Of a stretch of 64,000 bases of DNA, positions 12,727 to 23,504 are shown piece after piece. The stretch comes from Podarcis pityusensis (lineage: Eukaryota), in the NCBI GenBank assembly GCA_964106645.2, contig OZ067044.1, one strand, 5' to 3'. The translations under genes and the position numbers were made by a program. Within the stretch, counting starts at the first letter, position 1, and each line of letters opens with the position of its first letter. The notes under the pieces were generated by a model. The model ran no database searches, was not told the DNA's origin, and was given only the letters and a program-made list of their open reading frames with translations.

Positions 12727-13883
12727 CAGGTATCTCCCCACTCACGTGCGTGTGTGTGTGTGTGTGTGACATTTCTGGGTACCGCGCATATACTGTTAGA
12801 TGGGGAAAGCCTGCGCCCTTTCGTCTGCCAAACTCCACCACAAATCATAGAATCATAGAATCATAGAGTTGGAAGAGACCACAAGGGCCATCGAGTCCAA
12901 CCCCCTGCCAAGCAGGAAACACCATCAGAGCACTCCTGACATATGGTTGTCAAGCCTCTGCTTAAAGACCTCCAAAGAAGGAGACTCCACCACACTCCTT
13001 GGCAGCAAATTCCACTGTCGAACAGCTCTTACTGTCAGGAAGTTCTTCCTAATGTTTAGGTGGAATCTTCTTTCTTGTAGTTTGGATCCATTGCTCCGTG
13101 TCCGCTTCTCTGGAGCAGCAGAAAACAACCTTTCTCCCTCCTCTATGTGACATCCTTTTATATCTTTGAACATGGCTATCATATCACCCCTTAACCTCCT
13201 CTTCTCCAGGCTAAACATGCCCAGCTCCCTTAGCCGTTCCTCATAAGGCATCGTTTCCAGGCCTTTGACCATTTTGGTTGCCCTTCTCTGGACACGTTCC
13301 AGTTTGTCAGTGTCCTTCTTGAACTGTGGTGCCCAGAACTGGACACAGTACTCCAGGTGAGGTCTGACCAGAGCAGAATACAGTGGCACTATTACTTCCC
13401 TTGATCTAGATGCTATACTCCTATTGATGCAGCCCAGAATTGCTTTGGCTTTTTTAGCTGCCGCGTCACACTGTTGGCTCATGTCAAGTTTGTGGTCAAC
13501 CAAGACTCCTAGATCCTTTTCACATGTACTGCTCTCAAGCCAGGTGTCACCCATCTTGTATTTGTGCCTCTCATTTTGTTTGCCCAAGTGCAATACTTTA
13601 CATTTCTCCCCGTTAAAATTCATCTTGTTTGATCCCGCCAAACCTCCTTTCTCAAACTCCAACTCTCCACAGGCCTCAGAGGTTGGTGCAAAGGCTCATG
13701 GGATTGCAGTTTACATCCTCCTGGGGTTGCTAGCTGTTTCCCCACTCTTTGGCAACATTTTTGCAGTTTCCCCACTCTTTTGGGGCCATTTTTTGTCCTT
13801 TTCACACATTTTTGCAGTTGAAATAGATTTATTTAATTATTTCCCACACGTGAGTTGGACGTGTATAAGCGGAGAAGCACCTA
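12727..13883. mobile_element. Possible Tigger-like MITE hosting the CR1 insertion
   Basis: TA|CAGGTATCTCCCCACTCACGTG ... CACGTGAGTTGG..GCGGAGAAGCACCTA|TA: imperfect inverted ends flanked by TA. Confidence 0.45.
12843..13631 (-). mobile_element. Young 5'-truncated CR1 LINE (ORF2 C-terminus plus 3' UTR)
   Basis: ORF 12925-13662 encodes [34 protein letters not shown]... It has an (ATTCTATG)n tail at 12843-12866 and is nearly identical to 56577-57364. Confidence 0.97.
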
Positions 13884-15788
13884 TACACAGAATTATACCT
13901 TCTTTAATTACTGTTGGGGATTTAAGCTGAGATTTTAATATCTTTGCAAGATTTATTGACCCCTTAATGTGCCTATCTGTTGCAATTTGAATGGATTCAA
14001 TTCTGTGGCTTTGCTTAAGGGGCAGAAATGGTAGCAACTGACTGGGCAGGGCAGGACGGGGTGGGGCAGGGCAGCTTCGCTGGCTTCCCAATGCTGGGGT
14101 TGCTTCTAGTTACCAAGATGGAGGCCATGGGAAGGTTGGTGCAGTGCTGGTGCAGTGGTGGAGCTGATCTAATGCTCCTGCCACTGCTCCAACACCACAC
14201 CTACCTCTTCTCATAACCGCCAGTGACTCAAGCATTGGGAAGCCAGGAAGGCAGTGAAGTCCAACCCCACCCTACCCCATGACTGCTACCAGACAGAAGT
14301 CATGGTTTATCATTAAATGAAATCTGAACCAACAGAAGCTCATTGTCCCTTTCTGACATTTTCTCCCACTTCTAGTGGAACACTTTCATTCTGCAAGGGG
14401 GACACAAAGACCTCATCATCCACTCCACGGGCCTCTGCTGAGCCAATATATGTAAATAACCCATCCAAACCAATCTTTAAATTACCATTTAAAATTATTA
14501 AATGTAGCATGTTTACTAGCTAACTCAATTGTAAACCGGAATTGTTTGCTTTATAATCCTATGAGATCCAATTACTCATCTGATCGTCTTCTTCCAAAAG
14601 AAACTTCTCCATATCAATTAAGGTAACTAGATCCATGCTCATATCAGTATGAACGTTAGACTCTCCTATTAACACAGAATTTGCGTCGCAATATTCACAT
14701 TGGGATATTCGCAGGCTTCGTAAGTAATCTTCCAATGATCCCAAGGTAAGGGATTATGTGTAAGGGAACGCTAGGGTTTGGCTAGCACCCCAAACTGTAA
14801 AGTTGCCATTAGATGGGGAAAGGCATCTAAGTTGAAAGCTGCAAAATACTGCTGCTTGAGCCGTGATAACCCCGAAGCAGAAATACTTCCTTTGCTGTGT
14901 TAGCACTGTGGAGCCTACAACCAAATGAGAAGCATCTTGAATATAAACTGCTTGTCTGAAAAGGTCCAGGTTCTAATCCAATTAAATAAATGCCATCTTG
15001 TATTCATTCCTGCTGTATTGCCTATACAGCTTTTTTTGGGGGGGGGGTCATTCCATTGGGCAAAGACCCTCAGTTCATGCTCTCTTCTTGTGACTCCCAG
15101 TCTTGCATTTATAAGTCCTGTTCTAGAATGAGCACACGGCTTTGCCACAAAAGGGCACTTCATAAATGAAATATTCATTTCAACAGGAATCAGACAAACC
15201 ACAGAAGAAGTGATAGTAAAATAGGTTATGCTTCCGTTTTCGAATGTACTGTAGGTTCAAACAATTTCAGTTCAACCTTTTCCACATCAGCCTCAAGCCA
15301 CAGTGCTTTCAAACTGCATGCAAGTCCCAAGTATTTCACAGATGAGGTGCCTTACAAGTGCCTTGGGATGCCTTACTTAACAGTAGCTAACTAAAAGGAA
15401 AATCAAATAAAGAAACACTAAGCTTGCTCATTGTAAGCTTTAATGATGGTTTTCCCTGAAAGGCATACATTTTAGAATGCTTTTGTAATACCCACATTTT
15501 ACACATATAAGCCTCTGGGTTTTATTCCTTCTCAAGTCATACTCCCTGACCAACTCTATGGGTGCTACCAGCCTGGTGTTTATCGGCCACATTCACATCA
15601 TATATTTAAAGCAACATGATACCACTTTAAACTGTCATGTGCGACGGCACAACAGCACTTTTCCCCCTGGTGACATTGGGCCCACCCTCACTTAAATATA
15701 GTGCACCCACCTCAGAGAACACCAATGCCATGAATTCCTAAAAACTACAAAGTAGGGGGACTCTTTGGATCCAGAGATCCAAAGAGAT

Positions 15789-17030
15789 GCAAAGAGATCC
15801 ACAGAGGATGCTGTGGCAATGGCTTTACATGCTGTCCTGACTCATTTGGAGAAGCAAGGGAACTACGTGAGACTGTTATTTGTAGACTTTAGTTCTGCAT
15901 TTAATACTATTCTTCCACATAGATTGGTGCCCAAATTATTAGACCTGGGACTTCCACCATGTTTGTGCAGGTGGATATTAGACTTTCTATCAAACCGTTC
16001 CCAAAGGGTCAGGTTGGGTTCCCACGTCTCTGCGGATCTCATCACGAATACAGGGACGCCTCAGGGGTGCGTGTTGAGCCCGCTTTTATACACGCTCTAT
16101 ACAGCTGACTGTGCCCCCAAATACCCCACTAATAAGATCATTAAGTTTGCAGATGATACAACAGTGGTTGGTTTAATTACGGCTGGAGAGGGGGAGACGG
16201 CCTATAGGAAGGAAGTTGAGCAGTTGAGCAGTTACTGCTTAACTTAAAGAAAACAAAAGAGATCATTGTGGACTTTAGGAAATGTAAATTGAATATTCAG
16301 CCACTTATTACTGAGGGGAAGTGCGTGGAACAGGTCTCAGTGTTTCGATTTCTGGGAATGGAGTTGAGAGACGACCTAACCTGGGGAGAGAACAGCAAAG
16401 ACCTGGTGAAGAGAGCACAGCAGAGGTTATATTTTCGGAGAATCCTCCGGAAAAACAATCTCTCAAAGGACCTGTTGATGGCATTTTACCATTGCACTGT
16501 GGAGAGCGTACTAACTTATGGTCTGTGTGTGTGGTTTGGGAGCTGCACGGCCAGGGAAAAAACAATGCTATCCAGGGTTGTAAAGACTGCAGAGAGAATT
16601 ATTGGGTGCACTCTTCCCACCTTAGATCAAATCTATGCTGCCAGGTGCCATAAGAAAGCGGCAGAGATAGCACATGATAGTACGCACCCCGGAAATGATC
16701 TCTTTCAGCTTCTGCCTTCTGGAAGAAGGTATAGGGTTATAAAGGCCAGGACTAGCTGCCTGAAAAACAGTTTCTACGCTAATGCAATTCTGGTTCTAAA
16801 CGCAGCATAAGGGGTTTCTGTAGTATAGTGTGTTTTAAAATGGGGTTTTAGAGTTTTTAGGGGGTTTTGAATGTTTTATGTAGTTTTGTAGTAGTTTTAT
16901 GTAGTTTTTAATGTAGTTTTATGTAGTTTTGTGGTAGTTTTATGTAGTTTTTATGTCGTTTTATGTAGTTTTCAATTTCATTGTTCTGCAAGGGACAATG
17001 ACAATAAAGATATCGTATCGTATCATATCG
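15789..17030 (+). mobile_element. Rex1/Babar non-LTR retrotransposon, 5'-truncated, frameshifted RT
   Basis: ORFs 15765-16247 (RSTEDA, LFVDFSSAFNTI, GTPQGCVLSPLLY, KFADDTT) and 16268-16810 (AQQRLYF..HPGNDLFQLLPSGRRYR..RT..LKNSF). Tail AATAAAG(ATCGT)n. A small deletion near 16238 removes the xxNNL segment. Confidence 0.93.
16876..16972 (+). repeat. (TGTAGTTTTA)-type low-complexity tandem repeat in the Rex1 3' UTR
   Basis: Repeated gtagtttt units are directly visible. Confidence 0.85.
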
Positions 17031-19429
17031 ACTTGTGTGAGGGAAAACTTAATAATTTGGAGTCTCATGCAGGATTTGATCAAATTAACAATAAAGATTT
17101 TATTAAGCAAAGGAAGTTTATGACACAAGTGGGTAAAACATAGGATACTTCAGATTATAATGCTATTTCACTTCAGTTCTTTCTCAGTTGTTGCACAGCT
17201 GTTGCCGTTTAATACTTTGGTTCTTAAACAAGGTGGTACTTCCTGTCAGTTACACATCCCTTAGACAACCCTACTCCTGAAGTACTCCAAGTAACAGACC
17301 CAAGGGATCACCACACCCCTCTTAACTGGTTTGGGAGTCTTCTCTTTTTGTAGAAGAATCTCTCCCCTCCTGACTGGAATGAGACCTAAGTAGACTGTAT
17401 CTTTCCAGATTCTACTTCTCCTGGCTCAGCCTCAGTCTCCCAGTTAATTCCTGGCTTATTACTCTTACAGGACACCACACATTGTCCTTCACACAGAGAC
17501 TCCTTTCTCTAGCTTGTGATATATTCCTCAGAGTGGATGTTTCTACCCAGAACCAACTCTCTCTCCTCTCACTCCCTATCTCCCTACCTCAGTCCCAACC
17601 ACTATCGCAACCTAAAAAACTGTTTCTCCAAATCCTCTCCTTTTCAACCCCCTCTCCTGGAACCCTGGCCAATCAGAGGCTGCCATTCATTAACCATTTG
17701 CTGGCAGGGAAAATAAAAATAAAACACTTGAGGACCCAACCTGTCCAGCAAAAGAAACTTTCCCGTCACATCATGGCTTCCCTCAAAGAATTCTGGGAGC
17801 TGTCGTTTGTTAAGGGTTCTGAGAGGAGACACCTGTTCCCTTCCCAGAGCTACAATTCTCAGTTCCTCATGGAAAGGGCTTGGTTGTTAAACCACTCTGG
17901 GAATCATAGCTCTGTGAGGGGAATCGGGGTATGCTAACAACTCTCACCACCCTTAAAAAACTATAGTTCCCAGGATTCCTTGGAGCATGACTGTGCTTTA
18001 AATGTAACATGCATACTCAGCCTATAAGTCTGCCCTAATTTAAAACAAAACCTTCCCACTTCCTTCGCCCGCTCTTTCGTACTTCAAACACTGAATGTCC
18101 TTTTGGCATCAGGTGTGCTGCAGAAATGAGAAAGAACTGGATGTGCCTTAAAAAATATATTTTAAAACCCCTCATCATTCTCTGCCTAGGTGAGCTGGCT
18201 GTCCAAGGCAGAATTCTGCAACAGGCAGTACATTGGCTCTGCATGGAATCACTTTCCCTTCTGTCTTACCACATTTCCAGATGTTAAGTTACATTGTGCA
18301 ATAAACACACGGATTTTATTCATTTGTTGTGCATGAGCCAAACCTTCTTTCTCAAAGCGGGTGCTTCTGCTTCAGCAACTCAACATTTCCCCCTAAATAT
18401 TTTGACGGAAAATATGGTGGTTCCTCTGCCCTCGCTCTTTAACTTTTTAAGCTGTCTCAGTGGCTGCATGATCCCATCCTTAAGACCTTGATCCTATACA
18501 CACTTACTTGGGAGTAAGCCCCAGGAACCTCAATGACGGGACTTACTTTTGAGTAGGCAAGTCTGGGAATTCAGCTGCTAGTCATAGAAGCTGAACAGCG
18601 CTCACACAATGTGCCACACAAAAGAGCACAACTGAAAGACAAGATCGCGCTCTTGAAGGGCACTGCTGTTGGGATGGTTGCATTGTTTGAACGGCTACAG
18701 GCATCTTTAGTCCCAGAGACTGAAAGAGATAAATTAGACAAGGTCACACCTTTTATCGTGGCAATTTCTGCCTACAAGAGATGGGAAGCTTTCGAACAAA
18801 CAAAGAAATTGCAGCGTAGGAAATAACCCTGAAAGGGATGATGGAGGAGGACTGTCCTCAGTTAACAACCATTCTTCAGATCAAACAAGTGATAATATCT
18901 TTAGAATTTCTCAAGGGCTTCATTAATGAGATGCCACCAATGTGGGCACACTGTTTTTCAGGCAGCCCATGGGCTTGTCCACACCAGAGCTTGCTTCTGC
19001 ATGCAAAGTCATGTGCTCTGAACTCCTCTGAACCGGGGCAGCCTGGTTGTCACGAGGAGCAGAAGACTTCACGTATGAAAAGAAAGGCTTGCTACAGTTA
19101 TGTAACAGTGTCATTGTTTATCTGCCTGTAGGAATATATAAATCCTCATTTTCCCTATTACACTTCCAGCCCCATTTCTGCATACATTTGCAAAATTTGC
19201 ACACTTCTCCTAATACCTACATTATTTTATGCAATTGTTTAGTGTGTTTTTTCTAAAAAAATGCTTAAGGGTACTCTCATTTTGACTTGAGAAAATCATC
19301 ATTTTATAGTTCAAATTGGGAAAAATAAATACAGTAAATGGATAAAAGGCCACCATCGGAGGTAGCAACGGAACTGATGATTCCCAGTGCTAGAGAAGAA
19401 ACTATTTTTTAAAAATAGTTTTTTTAAAA

Positions 19430-19769
19430 AATTGTTTCTTCTCCCATCAGATTCACAAAATGTTTAGGGGTATACATACCCCTGCGTCCCCCCAGAAAAA
19501 AAGCACTGCAATTGTTGCTGAATACAGGCATTTTTGCAGCTAAATAAAAGCATCTTTCTGTATTCTTGTCACTAATGCATGCATTTTTGCATGCACTTTT
19601 CACTAATAAACTCATCCTCATTTGCATTCCTTGGCTGGAGAACAGCATTGCAAAGGTCAGAGAAGTACAAATTTCAAAAAAGAGGGCGCTCTTTGGGTTT
19701 GCGTATTGGTTTGAGAATTGTGATTTTGACAGGTAAAGCAAACAAATTTCTTTCCCATTCCCATTCCTA
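19430..19769. mobile_element. Old TAGGGATG-family MITE fragment
   Basis: Shares ggctggagaacagcattgcaaa..gggtttgcgtattggttt..aaatttctttcccattcc with 3217-3654. Confidence 0.55.
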
Positions 19770-20175
19770 TCTGCCTGTGTGTGTGTGTATACTGTCAACT
19801 TTTTTTAAAAAAAGCATGATTTATTGGTCAAAGACATCTGAAGCACAAAAATATGGCTTAGCATGAAAACCACCAGGTTCATCTAATTTGGGGAGCTCAG
19901 CAAGTTTCTCTGGTGCTTATCATGAAAGCATCGTTAAGGCTGACTGAAATAACTCCACCCAAGCCTTGCCTGGATGAGTGGCGCTATTTGTTTCCTTCAG
20001 GTGACATTTTGGTAGTTTGCGCCTTCAAAGAGGTGCATGCTTCCGCAGCCTCTGTCAGGAAACTGCGTTGAGCATAAAAGCATAAACTCTAGGCAGGGAC
20101 CTTTTAGCCCTCACGCGCCTCGCAACCAAAAGACTCTGATATTCTCATCTCATTTCACAAATATCTGACTGTTTG

Positions 20176-20176
<1 letters not shown>

Positions 20177-20206
<30 letters not shown>

Positions 20207-20207
20207 C
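20177..20207. repeat. (TC)n microsatellite / polypyrimidine tract
   Basis: Directly visible; ends in CCAG. Confidence 0.9.
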
Positions 20208-20469
20208 AGGCATGTGCATGTGTTGAGAGATACTATCAAGAGGAAAGTGTGGTCAAATTATTTATAGCTATTGTGGTTTCCAAGATAGTATATGGTAACT
20301 GAATTATGTGAAACCAAGAAATGTTCTCCACTGAAGAATGTGTGTCAGATTCTGTTCTCCCCCCCCATGCTTCTCTTGAAAAAATATATAGACGAGGAAC
20401 TAACTGACATGAATAAAAAGGAAAAAGTCTCCTCCTCCTTGGTTAGGTAAAATTATGATTTTAGGTTAA

Positions 20470-20960
20470 TTGCCAGGGCAGAGTCTCAAACAAATATGTG
20501 TTCTCCCAAGCCCACATTTCCAGAATGTCTCAGTGACGTCTATGCTGGCTTGGTCATGTCCACAGAATGGAAGATCGTGGGGTTGCCAGGGATGTGCTCT
20601 AAGGGGAGCTGGCTTCAGGCACCAGGCCCATTGGCAGACTAACTCTGTATTACAAAGGTGTCTGTAAACATGACATGAAGTCTGGCAACATCAACTCCGC
20701 TGTGTGGGAATCCCTTGCGGACAACAGCAGTGCCTGGAGGTAGACAGTGACCAGAGGAAGAGTGACTGCTGGGAGGAGCAAAGAGAGAAGAAATGCCATG
20801 GTGCACCTGTAGCAGCACAACAGGATGCCTTCATCTGCCCCAGCTGCAACAAAACATGTCTCTCCCATATCGGTCACTACAGCTACTGTAACTCTCCAAT
20901 GGTTTGAATTTACCCCTGAAGGCACACTCTCCTGTTGTCTCCTGAGGCTGATGGATGACA
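20470..20960 (+). mobile_element. Degraded RTE-clade LINE 3' fragment
   Basis: Broken frames give RL.WLGHVHRMED....DVL.GEL..G.RP.GR, KHDMKSGNI...WESLA....WR and the C2H2-like FICPSCNKTCLSHIG. This is the typical RTE ORF C-terminus. Confidence 0.85.
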
Positions 20961-21690
20961 ACTGCTCTTCTGCAGTAAAACAGGCACATTTCTTTAAAGA
21001 TTACTTCACTTTAAAAGGTAATATTAACAAACGGAACTTGCATAGACTGTTATAGTGTGGAGTGCTTCTGTTCAGGGTTCTAGCTGGTAAACCATACCCT
21101 GTTCTAGGAAATCCAGTGCATTCCTCTTTCTTTCTTGTTTTCCCATATTTTTCTCCTCCAACTGTTAGCCAGCATTCCATGGCCACTGAGCATGATCACT
21201 CTCATTTCCGAAACATCGCCTTCTTAGCCTGCACATGTTCTAGCTTTTGTTTTACATACTGGTTGCCATCTTTGAAAATTTCTTAGTTTGAATACAGCTT
21301 AAACTTAAGGTTTGCTAAGCAAGACACAACATTATGTTCGCATTGCAGCAATAGTATTCCAGCGTCAAAGGAAGCGGCTCCCATGTAAATGCTTTAAGAA
21401 CAGAGGGTCACGCAAGGACTGAGGAACATCTAACAGTCCAAGCAATGCATTTAAACAGAAGTTACTTACAGGTGGTTTAAACCAATGAAGGTCTCCCTGG
21501 TGAGTTCATGCCTGAAGATATGAAATTTCAATGGTTTTTCTTGGTTTAGAGTGATTTGAATACCGTGCGCTCAGTTTGCCTCTGACAAGGTTACATTTTA
21601 CTACACGTTATATAAAATATTTATAGCAAATGAGAAATGTAGACACCTTTTCTGTATATTAAAACTAGCATACCATAAGAGAAGCTGATT

Positions 21691-21760
21691 CAGTGCTATT
21701 TTTCTAGAAAAAGAGGTGCCAGAACTCAGTTCCGGAGAGTTCCAGCTGAAAAAAGCCCTG
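21691..21760. mobile_element. Short hAT MITE (CAGGGCTTTTT family), internally deleted
   Basis: CAGTGCTATTTTT ... AAAAAAGCCCTG. Same ends as 29638-29769 in the opposite orientation. Confidence 0.7.
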
Positions 21761-22094
21761 GGTGTAGTGTTATGGTTAAGAGAATGAGGCTGCCATCCAA
21801 AGCCCCTTTCTGCGATGTAGGGGATGTTTCCTTTGGGCAGAGGTATCCCTCTGCCCAGTTCTGTTGGCCTCTGCCAGTGGCACCAGAAACATTCTCGTAC
21901 CGTGGAACTCCCTATTCTCCCTGCCAAAAATGCAGGTGGACAACAACCCACAGAAAGCCCTGAAATGGAGCATTCTGCAGGCAGAGGGGGTGAAATGGCT
22001 TGGGACCTGCTGGATCCTGAGCCAGTACAGTGATTTTCCTGGTGCCTCCTTCTACTCCAGCCAGTGAAAGGACTGCAGACCTGCTGGGAGTACA

Positions 22095-22280
22095 CCTCAA
22101 ATTCAGGCATGAACTCATCAGGGGAACCTTAGGCAAGCCACCATCTCTACCACCTGCAATCTGTAATATGGAACTAATGGCCCCGGCTTACCTAACAATG
22201 TTTTCTTGAAAGCATCATTGAAATAATATTATATAAATCACTTAAGAGCACTCAGAAAAAGTGCTCTAGAAATATAACAA
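22095..22280 (+). mobile_element. Ancient MIR/CORE-type SINE fragment
   Basis: 'gaaccttaggcaagcca..ctgtaatatgg..cttacct..tataaatcactt..aaaagtgctct' resembles a CORE-SINE body and tail. Confidence 0.45.
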
Positions 22281-22577
22281 GTATCATCACTAGGCACAAT
22301 GCAGCAAAGTAGTAAGCATTATTTGACGCCAAATTTATTTTATTTGGAGAGCTAACCATTTCCTAAACTGCCTGCTATTGAAAGCAAGGAAATTTCAAAA
22401 GGCTTTATATCGGCTGGCATATGTCTTACCGAATGAAGAGATTTTTGGCTCTGAAGCTTTAATCTTTGGATAATGTTCATGGTGGGGGAAATAGGGGGAA
22501 TCTTGAGCAAGGACAGGCCTGAGTTTTCTGCTAGACAAAGAAGTTTTATGGTTGTTGAGGGACCCTAGATTTGCTTA

Positions 22578-22910
22578 AAAAGGTAAAGGGACCCCTGACC
22601 ATTAGGTCCAGTCGTGACCAACTCTGGGGTTGTGGCGCTCATCTCGCTTTATTGGCCGAGGGAGCCGGTGTACAGCTTCCAGGTCATGTGGCCAGCATGA
22701 CTAAGCCGCTTCTGGCAAACCAGAGCAGCACACGGAAACGCCGTTTACCTTCCCGCCAGAGCGGTACCTAGTTATCTACTTGCACTTTGACATGCTTTTG
22801 AACTGCTAGGTTGGCAGGAGCAGGGACCGAGCAATGGGATTTGAACTGCCGACCTTCTGATCGGCAAGTCCTAGGCTCTGTGGTTTAACCCACAGCGCCA
22901 CCCGTGTCCC
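22578..22910 (-). mobile_element. Sauria SINE, near full length
   Basis: tRNA-like head GGGACACGGGTGGCGCTGTGGGTTAAACC and (ACCTTT) tail. 12-bp TSD TAGATTTGCTTA at 22566-22577 and 22911-22922. Confidence 0.96.
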
Positions 22911-22964
22911 TAGATTTGCTTACATTACCACAAATAAAAATCGTTTTGGGGGATTCATCTAAGG

Positions 22965-23198
22965 CAGGGGTCGGCAAGGGCCGGATCACTCCTGTGGAGA
23001 TCCTCGCAGAAGCAATTTTCAGCATCTAGGCATGCACAGAAGCTATTTCTGGTGCTGCAGAAGAGAGTCCCTGCACCATGCTGTCCCAATTTAGGGGTCT
23101 CGCCGAGCAGGCGGCTTGGTTCAGGGGCAGCTCATGGGCCGGTTAAGCGACCCTCATGGGCTGCTTCCGGCCCATGGGCCTTATGTTGCCGACCTCTG
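22965..23198. mobile_element. hAT MITE
   Basis: CAGGGGTCGGCAA ... TTGCCGACCTCTG. Perfect 8-bp TSD ATCTAAGG. Confidence 0.9.
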
Positions 23199-23464
23199 AT
23201 CTAAGGATTCCCAATGGGCTCTTGTCCCACACATTATCATAAATTGATTCTGTCAATAATAACATCACCCTCTGTTAGACAAACAAGAGTAGGGAACCCC
23301 AGACCCCAGAGGTCAAAGGTGGCCCTTCAGTTCTCTGTATGTGGCCCCCAGGAGTCAAGCTAAGTCATACCCCCATTGACCCTGTTCCACATTCTCCTGA
23401 AGTGCTTTTGCCTGGGTGGAATGTGTCTTTGTACTCCCATAATGCCTCTTGCTTGCCTGGAAGG

Positions 23465-23466
<2 letters not shown>

Positions 23467-23502
<36 letters not shown>
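23467..23502. repeat. (TG)n microsatellite
   Basis: Directly visible. Confidence 0.97.

Positions 23503-23504
<2 letters not shown>

Larger units (their letters stand above)
15640..17770 (-). mobile_element. Solo LTR (~0.9 kb) interrupted by Rex1
   Basis: Termini TGCGACGG ... CCGTCACA. 5-bp TSD TCATG at 15635-15639 and 17771-17775. Minus-strand AATAAA near 17100. Confidence 0.8.
15585..18022. mobile_element. Palindromic PIF/Harbinger-like MITE split by a solo LTR (parts 15585-15639 and 17771-18022)
   Basis: Ends GGCCACATTCACA..TTTAAAGCA and TGCTTTAAATGT..CAGCC. Internal symmetry (ctgggagctgt..aagggt versus acccttaa..tagttcccagg) is restored when 15640-17770 is removed. Confidence 0.65.

Noticed and set aside
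12869-13930. Plus-strand ORFs 12869-13150 and 13424-13930 (also 57059-57340, 55581-55910)
   Set aside because: Antisense frames of CR1 ORF2.
19368-19425. Hammerhead-ribozyme-like layout CTGATGA..GAAA-CTATTTT/AAAATAG-TT
   Set aside because: Stem II lacks the conserved G-C pair, stem I would rely on GGAA pairing with a T run, and stem III is low-complexity A/T. Most likely chance.
21834-21857. 10-bp GC-rich hairpin TGGGCAGAGG-TATC-CCTCTGCCCA
   Set aside because: Isolated, among decayed repeats, with no supporting context; intrinsic terminators do not apply in this eukaryotic setting.
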